NCBI RefSeq assembly: GCF_006345805.1
Contig: NC_042997.1
Span: 134,044,001 to 134,108,000 of the forward strand
Length of the DNA stretch: 64,000 nt
Source: Octopus sinensis
Taxonomy: Eukaryota
Direction of reading: 5' to 3'
The notes beneath the pieces were generated by a model. It was given only the letters and a program-made list of their open reading frames with translations. It searched no databases and had not been told where the DNA came from. A program made the position numbers and the translations under genes. This document shows positions 39,552-54,174 of the stretch, piece after piece; position 1 is the stretch's first letter; each line of letters opens with the position of its first letter.

Positions 39552-39692
39552 TAAAAACGGTAAGATAACAAAAGAAAGAAAGAGACCTCGATATTATGTA
39601 AATAGAGGAATTTATCTGTAAATGTAATATGTGACGATTATTCGGTAGGCATGATAAAACTCTGAGTTTCGGATTTTTTTTTCCGATGGCCG

Positions 39693-39753
39693 GATAACTG
39701 AAGAGATGGCGGTGTGGATTTCCACCTCGGCATCCGAAACTCGGTGTTTTATC
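39693..39753 (+). ncRNA. Type I hammerhead motif within a fold-back (39624-39673 / 39733-39782)
   Basis: gataa-CTGAAGA-gatg...catcc-GAAA-ctcggtg-TT-ttatc; one extra base at the base of stem II. Confidence 0.6.
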
Positions 39754-39782
39754 ATGGCTACCGAATAATTGTCACATATTAC

Positions 39783-39825
<43 letters not shown>

Positions 39826-40972
39826 GTTGCATTGTTGTATAGTTTACAGAAAAAACAAAAGATGAAGAAGGTGTATAAACAACGAGCAGATGTATTAGTT
39901 TGATAATCAGGAAAGCGAGAAAGTCTTTAATGTTTCGAGCCTATGCTCTTCAACAGAAAGGAAGACGACGAAATAAACAGAGAGAGAATAAAAATAAAAA
40001 TAAAAACTTGTGGATTTAGCGATCAATCATGGCAACTGGTTGGAAAAAGGTAGTTGGACACGAGAGCTATGAAGAAGGAGAGATAATAAAGTAATGGTGA
40101 TCCCAAAACGAAGGTGTGCGCGCGTGTGTGTAGGTGAGTGTGTACGTGTGTGCGTCTGTAATGTATGGGTGTGTGGATGATGGTGTGTGAGCATACAGAT
40201 GATGGTGTGTGGTATGTGTGCTGGGATATATATATATATATATATAGGTAAACAGTAAAATTAATTACAGACATGGACAAGAACGTGAAACACCACAGAG
40301 ACGACACAAGAACCACAGGACGGGACATTCGAAGCCCTCAGTCATCAGTCAAGAACCAGATCATCTTAGCAATTTCGGCTGATTAATCTTTATATATAAG
40401 TTGTGTGTGTGTGCGCGCGCGAGCATACTTTGTGTTTGTCACCCACCATCGCTTGACAACCGGTGTTGTTTTATTTATGTCCACATAACTTAATGCTTCG
40501 GCAGAAAGAGACCGATAACATAAGTACCAGGCTTAAAAATAAGTGCTGGGGTTGATTTGTTCAACTAAATCCTTCAAGGTAGTGTCAAATTGTGGCCACA
40601 GTCAAATGACTGAAACAAGTAATGAAAATTTTAAGGAGTAACATTTTAGGACTATAACCAGTCTGGTTGACCCCACTTATTTGACCACCAAGGTATGATA
40701 TATAAAGGGAAGGTTTTTACAGCTGTCTTTCACACAACATTAACTTAACTCTATATCCCATTTTGCCTTGAAAAAGTCAGTCAATGCACCATTAATAAAC
40801 ATATAAACATATGCACAATGGTTAATTTGGAGGGAGTGCTGCTTTCATTGTTACAATTTCTATAGCAAATAAACAAGTTTCATTGAACAATTGTCGATAA
40901 AATATAAGGATAAATATATTCCCTCAACATAACTTCCGTAGTATAGTTTGTTCTGATAAAACATCCAGACGA

Positions 40973-41178
40973 ATATTGGGTTGTCCGGAAAATTCGTGCC
41001 GATTTTTAAGGGAAAGAAAAAGGTCAATAAATACTTGCCATTACATTTTAAATCAACCAAATATGAACCATTTTGTTGCACAATGCATCTCCATCTTTCC
41101 TTTAACTTACAAATACCCTCTTCCCAGAATTGAGGTGGTTTCATGGCAAAGAATTCATCACGGTATCTTTTTACGTCA
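40973..41178 (-). mobile_element. mariner (Mos1-like) 3' end
   Basis: KPPQFWEEGICKLKERWRCIVQQNGSYLVD, followed by TIR-like ...tttccggacaacccaata. Confidence 0.8.
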
Positions 41179-41412
41179 TCTGCCGGAGCCTCGTGGAGCT
41201 TTTAGGTGTTTTCGCTCAATAAACACACACAACGCCCGGTCTGGGAATCGAAACCGCGATCCTGCGTCCGCGAGTCCGCTGCCCTAACCACTAGGCCATT
41301 GCGCCTCCATATATATATATACAGTGAGAGACAGTTTTGTGCTTTCATGGGCTCCTAAGGAGCGCTTTGTTCTACCTTGCTGCGCATTTGTTTTGGATTT
41401 TTAAATTCCTGG

Positions 41413-41497
41413 ATTTTCCTGAAGAGAATGCTGCAAATGGTCTCCTTATTCAATCCGAATTTGGAAATTTGCGGCCTTTGAAACATGTGTAGAAGAT
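41413..41497 (+). ncRNA. Type I hammerhead ribozyme motif
   Basis: attttc-CTGAAGA-gaatgctgcaaat...atttgcggccttt-GAAA-catgtg-TA-gaagat; sits in a unit bounded by (TA)n at ~41320 and ~41705. Confidence 0.7.
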
Positions 41498-41705
41498 AAT
41501 AAAAGGAATTATGTAGAATCTTCGTTCAGCTCCATTTCTTCCCTTCACTAAATATATTGAACTTCAATTATCCGCGCTAAGGCACGGTTGCGACACCCCA
41601 AGCTCGTAACTTCAACCGTGTCTTTTTGTTGTGATTTTTGCTACCCGGGATCGGTTAAATTTTGAATAATCCTTAACAAGATAATTCATTTATCCATTTC
41701 AATTA

Positions 41706-41770
<65 letters not shown>

Positions 41771-42002
41771 GTTTATATGTATATGTATATATATATTGTA
41801 TATATATTTGGAGAATGAATGAGAACAGAAGGGAGACGAAAAAGATATTATTATCGAAGACGCGCCCATAAAAAACAGGAAACGAGCCCAAACTCATTAA
41901 ACCAATATACACAACAGTGACGTTAGTGCGTATAATTCTTTGCTATTAATAGCACAAAAGTTCACGGTATTCTTACTTGTAGTTACAACCGACGGTATAG
42001 AG

Positions 42003-42758
42003 CAGGCTTGGCCAACTCGAATTACATTGCGGGCCACTTTAATCACAGAAAGCTTTTTTGAGGACCGCTTGTATACTTTATGCACTAATAGTCAAATAAT
42101 CAAATTACAGAATCAAGGATTTTCCATAATTTTCGTTTGCTTAAAATTATAAAATTGTAGGCTATTGCTTTATTGCACTCTTTACTCTTGTACTTGTTTC
42201 AGTCATTTGACTGTGGCCATGCTGGAGCACCGGCTTTAGTCTAGCAAATCGACTCCAGGACTTATTCTTTGTAAGTCTAGTACTTATTCTATCGTTCTCT
42301 TTTTGCCGAACCGCTATGTTACAGGAACGTATACACTCCAGCATCAGTTGTTAAGCGATTTTGGGGGACAAACAGACACACACACACACACACACATATG
42401 TGCATATATACGCCGGGCTTCTTTCAGTTTCCGTCTACCAAATCCACACACAAGGCTTTGGTCGGCCTGAGGCTATAGTAGAAGGTGCCACGCAGTGAGA
42501 CTGTACCCGGAACCACGGTGGTTCGTAAGCAAGCTACTTACTACACAGCCACTCCTGCGCCTATTTTAGATTTTAAATTTATAAATTTATAAATTTTAAA
42601 TTTATTTTGAAACTAATGTTTTACACAAATAGTTTTATTTTGAAATGAAACACAATACTTCATGAAAGTATCAAGCGGGCCGCAAGATAAGTGTGTGCGT
42701 GCCGCAAGATAAAAGCGTGCGTGCTGCAAGATAAAAGTGTGCGTGCTTCCCAGCCCTG
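42003..42758. mobile_element. hAT (Charlie-like) MITE with nested SINE B
   Basis: 8-bp TSD GTATAGAG (41995-42002, 42759-42766); CAGG...CCTG ends; three subterminal gc(c/t)gcaagataa..gtgcgt repeats. Confidence 0.8.
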
Positions 42759-43133
42759 GTATAGAGGCTTCGTCGCTGTATGATCTCGTGTTACAGCGAG
42801 GAGAATTGTGTGTATCACAGTATAAAACTAACCAGTGTCAAAAGACAAAAACAGAACGTCATTTGAGTGGGAAATATGTTGGGGAGAGAGGAAGGGTGGT
42901 GAGAGAAAAGTAAAAAAAAAGGCGCCATCAAACAATGGAGTGCTGTCTTGGTATTATTAACTCGAGTGCTAACTTAAAGGAGGATGTATGGGACTTAAAA
43001 GGAAGGCTCTGATTGGTTGTTATGAAATGGCCCAGTTAAAAATTCATTAAGTACTTACACACACACAAACAAACAAGCGCACACAAACACATGCATACGT
43101 GTATATGTATATATATATATATATATGCATACA

Positions 43134-43201
<68 letters not shown>

Positions 43202-43657
43202 CACACACACACATACACAGCTCTAATATATCAATACCTGTGTGTGTGTGTGTGTTTATATACTTTTCTACTCTAGGCACAAGGCCCGAAATTTTTGGGG
43301 AGGGGGCCAGTCGATTAGATCGACCCCAGTACGCAACTGGTGCATAATTTATCGACTCCGAAAGGATGGAAAGCAAAGTCGATCTCGGAGGAATTTGAAC
43401 TCAAAAGGTAAAGACAGACGAAATACCTATTTCTTTACTGCCCACGAGGAGCTACACACAGAGGGGACAAACAAGGACAGACAAACGGATTAAGTCGATT
43501 ATATCGACCCCAGTGCATAACTGGTACTTATATAATCGACCCCGAAAGGATGAAAGGCAAAGTTGGCCTCGGCGGAATTTGAATTCAGAACGTAGCGGCG
43601 GACGAAATACCGCTATGTATTTCGCCCGGCGTGCTAACGTTTCTGCCAGCTCGCCTT

Positions 43658-43730
<73 letters not shown>

Positions 43731-44112
43731 ATATCAGTCATTGTACTGCGGTCAGTCTGGGGCACCACCTTGAAGAATTTTTAGTCTATTTGAATCAACC
43801 TCAGTACTTTCTTTGAAACCTGGAATTTATTCTATTGATTTCTTTTGCCGAACAGCTAAGTTAGAGGGACATAAACACACCGACGCCGGTGGAGAACAAA
43901 CACAGGCACTAAAACAGACACACACACACACAATAGGCTTCTTTCAGTTTCCGTCTACAGATCCACTCAAAAGACCTTCGTGGGCCTGAGGCTATAGTAG
44001 GAGACAATTATTCAAGTTGTTACGTAGCAGGACTGAAAAGACGGGGTTTGGGTAGCAGGGTTCTTACCACACAGCCACACCTATATTATATACTTATATT
44101 ATATATATAATA

Positions 44113-44167
<55 letters not shown>

Positions 44168-44798
44168 AGAGAACGACTGAAACAAGTAAAAGATAAAAGA
44201 ATATATATATGTATGTATGTATATATATATATATATATATATACATACATACATATATATATTCTTTTATCTTTTACTTGTTTCAGTCGTTCTCTTACGG
44301 GGTCGTAAACACACCAGCTTCGGTTGTCAACGGATGGTGAGAGTAGAACAAACACAGACATACAAACATATATATATATATATAAAGAATAAAACTTTAT
44401 ATATAAAGAACGTGAAATGACGAACACGGAAAAACGGACAGTCATTCAGAGCCTTCATTCTTCAGTCAGAAACCGATTCATCATGGCAAATTTCGGCTGT
44501 TTAATTCTGAGATTTGCTCCAAAACGGCCAGCCCCAAGGAAAAGCTAAGCTATGGGCATTAGATTTGCTTGGTAGAAGGAAAGAATGTGACAACAGAGAC
44601 GAATAGGAAAACAAGAGACGAAGATAAAATTGGAAACAGTAACGAATAAAAACAGGAATTTTACGCCTTTGAGACAAAATGAGACAAAACAATTGATCAG
44701 CAAGCGTGGGAAGCGGTTATATATATATATATATATATACAGTAATCTCACGACTATCGCGGGCGTTACGTTCCGAAACTCACCGCGATCGTGATATG

Positions 44799-44833
<35 letters not shown>

Positions 44834-44949
44834 CACACACACACACACACAACACACACACACAGTGTTGGCCAAAAGTCACATACATATGCACATAACA
44901 TTACACATACATGTACGCATTTATGTGCACGCATTCATCTATATCTATA

Positions 44950-46450
44950 TCTGAGTTTAGTCGGACATATGGACCCATTCCAATGGAGTATTCCGTTGGA
45001 CATGTCTGGACAAATTGAACAGTTTAATGAAACAATGAAGCAATGACATAATAGCAATGATTTCATACATGTATTGTATACGGTATTCAACTGGTCTGTT
45101 CCTGCAAATTTATTCGAAGTGCAGTCGATCATTATATGTTCCTCTGCAGGAAGTCTTTAATTGTATTAACGATATTGCGAGTCTATAGGTATTGGTAAGA
45201 TAAGCAATTTTACATGCAACATATGGTCCATGGAAAGGCTCGTAGCCAGTATAGAGGTATCCCGCGTAGGTGATGGTGTGTATATCGCTTTGAAGGCAGT
45301 ATGTAAGGACAGACGCAAGTGTATGCAAGACAGTGAACAAATAGTTACCTTACAGCTTAGTAGACTCGTGAAGTATGTCAGTGCAGTTGTATCGCAAACG
45401 TGTGTTCCGGGGAAAAGTTTAATTTCACTAGATGGAAGTCTCCGTAATCCGTAGATGTTAATCAAGTCAGTGACTATCCTAATTTGTGCTTAATATAATG
45501 GGCAAATGTACATTTCCTAGTGTGCAAGCACCTTACTATTCTTTCTGAGAATTTATTAATGATCCATTCCCTTGTCAACAAAATGTACAATAATTCCTCT
45601 GAGCATAATCTACATCTCCTGTAAAGGTCATTGTATGGTTGTATGTGCTTCATTATGAACCAAATCAAGTCATATTTAATCATATCAGAATTCAGTTGCC
45701 ACAGAAAAGCCGCCAATGATGCTAAGTGATTCTTGCTGACCTTGCTGAAGCTAGAGATATGGTTTCAATATCGAATTTTGAACGAGTCAACCGTTGCACC
45801 AACATACACAAACGGACCTCCTCTTGTGTGCAGTGTATTTGTACATAACGTTGTGAGTCATGCAGAGGTTATTCAAGGGGTATCATGTTTTATCTCTAGA
45901 TCGTTGTTATTATCTGGCTACTGCCCTCACTTCTTACCACTGTTACAGTTGTATTTACATCACTTTTCGTCATACTATTATTATTTTGTGGTCGCACCGG
46001 TTGCCAGTATTTTTCTTGTTGTAACTACCATGTCCTGTACATCTTCCTTCATTACAGGTGGTCGAGCAAGCATCGGATGTTCCTTCTTTGGTTAAGGGCC
46101 TGGTGGATGGGTTAAGCAACCCTTGGTTCAATTTTCTTGATGAAACGTGCTAGCCACGGATCAGATTATCTCGTTTATATTTCTTGTCTGGTTTATTAGA
46201 TCTAGTGTATTGCTCGGGGTTGCGGTTATCTATTGTGTTATGTGCTGCAGTGAAATTATGGTGTGTATTCCTAGAAACCCCTATTTTCACTTTTGTATTA
46301 TGATTGATTGTTTTTGGTCTGTATGGAAGTTCCATGCCAGTGCAATTTATGTAAGCGCGTGTTCCTGCGTGGCGTGTGTCATTACTAGTGGGGTGGCTGT
46401 GAAAGTTTCGTATACCGATGTCGTATATGTTTAATTTTCTCATTATAATC
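44950..46450 (-). mobile_element. Second Penelope-like element, GIY-YIG region and 3' part
   Basis: PLNNLCMTHNVMYK / YVGATVDSFKIRY*NHISSF / LAAFLWQL...IWFIMKHIQPYNDLYRRCRLCSEE...INKFSE...CLH. Confidence 0.8.
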
Positions 46451-46867
46451 AGTTCTAGCTAAAACAGCGTTGTAACAGGGCTGGTTACAGTGAGAAATTT
46501 GGCGAGAGGGGACTAGTCGATTACATCGACCCTTTTGTCTCATTGGTACTTTATCTATCAACCCCGAAAGGATGAATAGGCAAAGTCGACCTTGGTGGAA
46601 TTTGAACTCAGAATGTAAAGACGGAGGAAATACCGCTGAGCATTTTGTCCGGAGCGTTAATGATTCTTTTAGCTCACCGACTTATTAATAATTATATTAA
46701 TATGCAAGAAATTCAAGTCGATGAAATAAGTGAATCCCCATAATCGCAACCGACAAAGATCCATCAGTTCGCATATATATTTCCTAGTAGGCTATTCAAT
46801 GATTTTAGGATAATTTTAAAAGTATGTTTTGTCCTATCACGCCACGCCCACTAAATAAATTAAATAT

Positions 46868-47400
46868 AACAAGAACACTCAGAGAGCGCAAACCTCCACC
46901 AAGGCAACACCAACGTCCTCTCAATGATTAGATGGAAATGATTTTTACGATGAGAATATCTGAAATAAACTCGACTGCTCTCACGAACGAGAATACTAAA
47001 AATGATGCCTGACCGCTCTCAAAAATAAAATTTTAAAAATCGTGAAAAAATAATCCAGAATCTTTCCCAATGGTAGTCATGGAATATGAAGGTGGCGGTA
47101 GAAAATTTAGTAACAGTAATAAATTGTTTATCCTAGCCAAAATAGTTTCAGTCCAAAGGGAGATAACTAAGAAAGACTTGAAAGTTAACGTAAGAGCGTA
47201 ATCATGTAAAGTAAATACAACAAATAATCCAGAATCCTTGTCCGGTACCAGATCGATCCCAAAATGGAATCAGTTCGTGCCAGTCACGAGGCCAAACATC
47301 CTTGAAAGTTTCATCCAAATCCATCTTGAGATATCTTGTCCTTGAACAAACAAACACAACTGAAAAACAATAACTCCGCCTTAGCGAAGGCGAATGTAAT
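46868..47400 (-). mobile_element. Helentron-associated (DINE/HINE-like) non-autonomous element
   Basis: End hairpin tccgccttagcgaaggcg, (CAAA)n core, subterminal cctccaccaagg at the other end. Confidence 0.55.
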
Positions 47401-48116
47401 AAACGCTGCGTGTGTGTATTCTCTAGATTAATTGTTCAAGATATTCAATGTATGCTCTTTTACGCAAAGTAAACGGTCTAGGTTAGCTGAGTTGTGATTC
47501 GTATATGATGAAAATAAATACAAGCTACTGATCTCTAATATGAACACAAGATCACTAGAAACTAATATAATGGATCACACGCAAAGTTAAAATATGCGGT
47601 GACTTTTCACAGTGTATAGCTATGAATTTATTAAAGAAACATATTATATTCACACATACATAAACACACACATGTCCACAAATACATGCACACACATGCA
47701 CACATACCCAATATAAAACATAAAACCAGGAGGTGTGAGAGGTGAAAATAAATTTATTTATCTACATGACTTCCATATGATTACAGCCGTTCCGTAACCC
47801 ACGTTTTGTATTAACTTTAGCATGCAAAATATTAAACGTACATGTTTGCATGAATATGTATACGTAAAGCGGCGAATTGGCAGAATCTATCTTTTTCATT
47901 TGTTTCAGTCATTAGACTAGGGTCATGCTGGAATATCACCTCGAAGAGGGTGTCTCTCTGTGAGACTTGGACATAGAACTATGTGGATGTGAAACAAACT
48001 TATTACTACACAGACACACCTGCACCTCTCTCTCCCGCTCTCTCGCTCTCTCGCTCTCTTTCCCTCTATCGATTTCTCTCTCTCTCTCTCTCTCTTTATA
48101 TATATATATATATATC

Positions 48117-48847
48117 TCTTCCCGTCTGTCTTGATAGACAATGGGTCGCGCCAAGGGTGGGGCCTACTTTGATGATGAGCAGCGTCTGCTGTGACTGAAC
48201 AGTCCAATCTAGAGTGGCAGTCCCTGGTACAGTTGCTGCACACGAACCCGATGGGTACGTGTGGGGTGTTGCTGCAGTAGTCCTCCTCCTGTCCCGCCTG
48301 TCCGACCACAGCTGTGCTCTCCTTTCCTCAGCCATGGAAACGCCTTTCCTCACTGTCCGACGCCAGGCAGAGCGGTCAGCAGCTGTTACCTCCCACGTGT
48401 CCACACAGATGTTAGCAGTCCTCAGGTCGCGCTTGCACACATCCCTGTATCGTAGCTGTGGACGTCCCTTGGGTCGGGATCCCGTGGTGAGTTCGCTGTA
48501 CAGGATGTCTTTAGGCATGCGACCGTCCTGCATGCGGCAGACGTGTCCGAGCCAGCGCAGTCGTCTCCGCACGAGGAAGGCATGCATGCTTGGCATATTA
48601 GTCTGTTCTAGGATGACTCCGTTTGGTACTCGGTCCTTCCAGGAGATGCCAAGGATCCGTCGAAGACACCGCATGTGGAAGCCGCTGAGGCGGCATTCTT
48701 GCCGGGTGTATGTTGTCCAGCACTCGCTGCCGTATAGTAGGGTGCTCAGCACGCAGGCTCGGTACACTGCGATCTTGGTGGTTATTGTGAGTATGTTGTT
48801 TTCCCACTCTCCTGGAGAGCTTAGCCATGGCAGCAGCAGCCTTCCCA
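48117..48847 (-). mobile_element. Relatively young RTE (BovB-like) LINE 3' fragment
   Basis: VYRACVLSTLLYGSECWT...RRRLRWLGHVCRM...GRPQLRYRD, C-terminal CSNCTRDCHSR finger; GC-rich with few lesions. Confidence 0.92.
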
Positions 48848-49137
48848 GGCTATCCGATGTTGCTACACATCGCTGGTCACAATGCGCTTCGCATTGTTTT
48901 AGCCTTCAAATGACGCCACCCTGCTGGCTAAGCGAGCAGGCCAGACCGCGTGTGTACCGTTGGCGATTTTTTTCCCTCTGTCTTCCCTTCTCTGGATCTT
49001 TCCTTCTCCTATGTTTCCAACGAAGAGCTCCGCTAGAAACGTTAAACCCTCCTTCTTTCCTGAGCATCCAATAATACTATATTTGTTCCACGTCCTCGCG
49101 TTGTTTTGTGTTTTTTTGTGCTTTCATGTTTGAATTA

Positions 49138-49196
<59 letters not shown>

Positions 49197-49515
49197 GCAT
49201 TGTAAATAAACAACGACAGATAAAATACGTATACGTATAAGACGCAGAGAGTCCCTAATTCTTCATCAGTTATCAACTAGAATGGTAATACTCAGTTTCG
49301 CACCTTTACTGATAAGACTGGGGGCTTTCCATGCTGGCGGTGCTTGCGAAAGATGCAGAGAATTGGGTCTCAAGTAAACAAAACGACACAGAGTGGACAT
49401 ATGAAGGTAAAAAAAAAAAAAAAAGAAATGAGAAAAATACGGCCCTCTGGCCAAAAAGACAATAGTGGTTGGTAACGCTTAAAAAAAATCCTTAAGGATA
49501 TAGATAACAGTAAAT

Positions 49516-49562
<47 letters not shown>

Positions 49563-49564
49563 GT

Positions 49565-49800
49565 TTGCTGGGGGGGCTTTTCTAGATTTAAAATTGCTTC
49601 TAATTTTGATAAGTTTCTTCATTGGTACTTTCGTACAAATTCCCTTCAGTATTCTGTTCTTTATTGTGGAAGAGAGCCTTCCATCTCATTCTTCTTAATT
49701 CATGGAATTTAACGATGATGTCTTTAATGTACTCCTTACGAGTAGGTATTAGTAGTCTTTTAGCGAAGTATCCATTTCAATGTGGTCCGTTTTTGTTAAC
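49565..49800 (-). mobile_element. Penelope-like ORF N-terminal fragment
   Basis: LLIPTRKEYIKDIIVK...RRMRWKALFH...FKSRKAPP; same strand as, and upstream of, 44950-46450. Confidence 0.65.
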
Positions 49801-50548
49801 CTATATTAATATTACTATTATTAATAATAAAAATTAACAAAGAATCGGATTTCTAACAAAAAAAAAAAAAATTAAAATAGTTGAATGCGAATTCGTCCTT
49901 TAATTGGAGGAATTTTCAAAAGATTTCTAAAGTTATTTCTTTATTTCTTCCTATTTCACTTATGAATTTACTAGTGTAAATTAGTGTGGGTATGAAAAGT
50001 TATATACTCTTTTACTCTTTTACTTGTTTCAGTCATTTGACTGTGGCCATGCTGGAGCACCGCCTTAAATCGAGCAACTCGACCCCGAGACTTATTCTTT
50101 TGTAAGCCCAGTACTTATTCTATCGGTCTCTTTTGCCGAACCGCTAAGAAACGGGGACATAAACACACCAGCATCGGTTGTCAAGCAATGCTAGGGAGAC
50201 AATCACAGACACACAAACACACACACACGCATATATATATATACATATATACGACGGGCTTCTTTCAGTTTCCGTCTACCAAATCCAATCACAAGGCATT
50301 GGTCAGCCCGGGGCTATAGCAGAAGACACTTGCCCAAGATGCCACGCAGTGGGACTGAACCCGGAACCATGTGGTCGGTTAGCAAGCTACTTACCACACA
50401 GCCACTCCTGCGCCTATAGATATATAGATATATTAAATATATGATTTAACTAATTAAACAGAGTTCAACAAATCCATTTATATTTACGTAAATGGAGGAG
50501 ATTAGATGTTAATATGGATAATATTCTTTATTCATGTAGCTATACAAT

Positions 50549-50649
<101 letters not shown>

Positions 50650-50650
50650 T

Positions 50651-50701
<51 letters not shown>

Positions 50702-50719
50702 TATATCTATATATATATA

Positions 50720-50791
<72 letters not shown>

Positions 50792-51158
50792 TAATAGGAG
50801 CGCAATGGCCCAGTGGTTAGGGCAGCGGACTTGCGGTCGGAGGATCGCGGTTTCGATTCCCAGACCGGGGTTGTTTGTGTTTATATTGAGCGAAAACACC
50901 TAAAAGCTCCACGAGGCTCCGGCAGGGGATGGTGGTGATCCCTGCTGTACTCTTTCACCACTCTAAAAGGCGGTGCTCCAGCATGGCCGCAGTCAAATGA
51001 CTGAAACAAGTACAAAAAAAAAATATATATATACATATATATGTATATATACATATATATATATATAACATATATATATATATACATACATATATATATA
51101 TACATATATATACATACATATATGGATAATATTCTTTATTCATGTAGCTATACAATTG

Positions 51159-51189
<31 letters not shown>

Positions 51190-51190
51190 T

Positions 51191-51252
<62 letters not shown>

Positions 51253-51483
51253 ATATACATATTATATATACATATATATACATATATATACATATATATA
51301 CATACATATACGACGGGCTTCTTACAGCTTCCGTCTATCAAATCCATTCCTCTCACAAGGCTTTGTTCGGCCCGAGGCTATAGTAGAAGACACTCGCCCA
51401 AGGTGCCACACGCAGTGGGACTGAACCGGGAAACGTGTGGTTGGGAAGCAAGCATCTTACCACACAGCCACACCTTTATGTAT

Positions 51484-51564
<81 letters not shown>

Positions 51565-51847
51565 TATACATATATATATTTGTGTGTGTGTCCGAGCTTG
51601 TCCCCCACTATCTCTTGATAACCGATGTTGGTGGCTTTACGTCCTCGTACCTTAGAGACTCGGCAAAAGAGACCGATATAATAAGTACTAGGCTTACAAA
51701 GAATAAGTCCTGGGATCGATTTGTATAAATGAAAATTAAATATATATATACATATGTACGTATGCATATATATATGTATATATTTATATGTATATGTATG
51801 TATGCATATATGTATGTGTATATAAATATATATATCCATATATTTAT

Positions 51848-51892
<45 letters not shown>

Positions 51893-52096
51893 CTATATAT
51901 ATATATATATAATATATATATATATTATATTATCTATATATATATATATATATTGATAACAGTATGACTCAGTTCCATACTTTTCGTGGGCGCGTAGGAC
52001 CTACCCATTGCATTAGATATCGGAAGAAAAGTCTTAATAATACACGTAGCACCTAACAAATATGTTAAGTGCCTGCTGCTTTCGTTTATCATTCAC

Positions 52097-52176
<80 letters not shown>

Positions 52177-52387
52177 GTGCATAGTTGTTTTTGTCCCCTA
52201 CCACCGTTTGACAACCGGTTTTGGTTTACATTATTTACATTATTTACATTCGACGGATATTTGTCCCCGATGTTGATGTGTTTACGTCCCCGTAACTTAG
52301 AGGTTCGACAAAAGAGACCGATATAATAAGTACTAGGCTTACAAAGAATAAGTCCTGGGTTCGATTTGTATAAATGAATACACCCAC

Positions 52388-52662
52388 GCGCATTTGGCGT
52401 AGTGGTTAAGAGCGAGGGCTACTAACCTCAAGATTCCGAGTCCAATTCTAAGCAGTGAACAATAACAATAATAATAATAATAACATCGAAAAATACCTTA
52501 GGAATGAGAACCAAGGTTCGAAATTTCCCCAAGACACCTGAAGAAGGCTGGGGGGTATATCAGCCGAAGCGTTGTGTTAACAACAAACAAGATGAGGACA
52601 AATATCCGTCGAATGTAAATAATGTAAATAATGTACACAATTCCCCATCTCTTAAATATAGA
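52388..52662 (+). mobile_element. tRNA-headed SINE carrying a minimal hammerhead-like motif (52534-52577)
   Basis: tggcgtagtggttaagagc head; acac-CTGAAGA-aggctg...cagcc-GAAG-cg-TT-gtgt (GAAA mutated in this copy). Confidence 0.6.
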
Positions 52663-53844
52663 ACGGCTTAGGTTTGTTTTCGTTCTCTCCATACTTTTAT
52701 TATATGCCTTTCCACGGGCGGTACAATTACCATCTACCAAAATAACTTTCTAGTTATATGTCAACACTGGTAGTAAAAGACACTTGCCGAAGATGCTGTC
52801 CACTGGGATCAAACACCCGTTGCAAATCTAATTCTTTAACCATTGTCTACTATTTCTGATATTTTACTAATCAGGTAAATTTACAAAAGTCATACATATA
52901 AAGCGATTGCTCTTGCTTAGCTCTAGTCCAGCCTTTATCGAACAAAACTGCAACGAAATGTATTCCATCTATCACTATTCTTTGCAGGGGCATTAAGGAA
53001 TACGTTAACGAATGTGGCCTTTCCTTATTAATGACATTAGGGTTTGGTTTGACAGAGATTTGGCTGATATTTCTAGCAGGTCGAAAGAGAACGTGTCTCG
53101 TTTCTGGCTCGTTTTATCTCTTATCTTTACTTGTTTTAGTCATTGGACTGTGACAATGTTGGGGCACCGCCTTATTTTCTTTCTAAATCTCGTACTTTGT
53201 TCTATCAGTCTCTTTTACGGAAGTATTAAATAAACAAACCCATCACAAGCTATCAAGCAGTGGATGAGGAGTCAAACATAATCACACACACACAAACAGA
53301 CACAGATACAGACACACACACAGACAGACACACACACTCATACACATAAATGAAAATATATATAAATGTATATCTATCTATCTATCTGTCTGTCTATCTA
53401 TATAAATGACCGGCTTCCACACAGTTTCCATCGATATAAATTCACTCACAAGGCATTCGTCAGTTGGGATATTGCCCAAGATGTCACACAGTGGGACTGA
53501 ACTTGAAACCACTTGGCTGCAAGCGAGCTCCTTAACCACACAGCCATGCCTGCACAGTTAGTCTCTGTTTTTGGTATTTTTCTTCTTGTTTATTTTGTTT
53601 TTCAATCAAAACAATTTTTTCCTTTGCAAATCGAAGAATGAGTCAAAATTTTATTAATAATCACAAAGGAAAACTAAATCAATTAGAAGTGTCTGTTGAC
53701 TAATAAATGAAAGGATAATCCCATTACAAAGAAAGAACCAAAATGAAACCCCCAAAAATAAATAAACCAATCTCATTGTTTTATATATGTATGCGTGTGT
53801 GTATATATATATGTATATATATATGTATATATGTGTGTGTGTGT

Positions 53845-53958
<114 letters not shown>

Positions 53959-54142
53959 GTATATACGCGTATGTATATGTGTGTATTGTGACGTTGTTCC
54001 TTACGTTCTTCCTGTCTGTTAGTGACGTTGAATTTCCCGTGTTTCCGGATCTTTAATATTGTGCTTGACGAGTATCACACTTGCCTTATCTGCTCTTGGC
54101 GGTGTCGGCGGTATTTTTTTATTGTCATTGCCGTTGTTGCGG

Positions 54143-54174
<32 letters not shown>

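Noticed and set aside
49005-49046. Active minimal hammerheads here and at ~39925(-), ~44480(-), ~35000(-), ~24030(-)
   Set aside because: Core nucleotides are mutated or half the motif is missing; counted only as decayed relics.
48214-49074. 286-aa plus-strand ORF, the longest in the track
   Set aside because: Antisense shadow of the RTE fragment, extending across a SINE tail.
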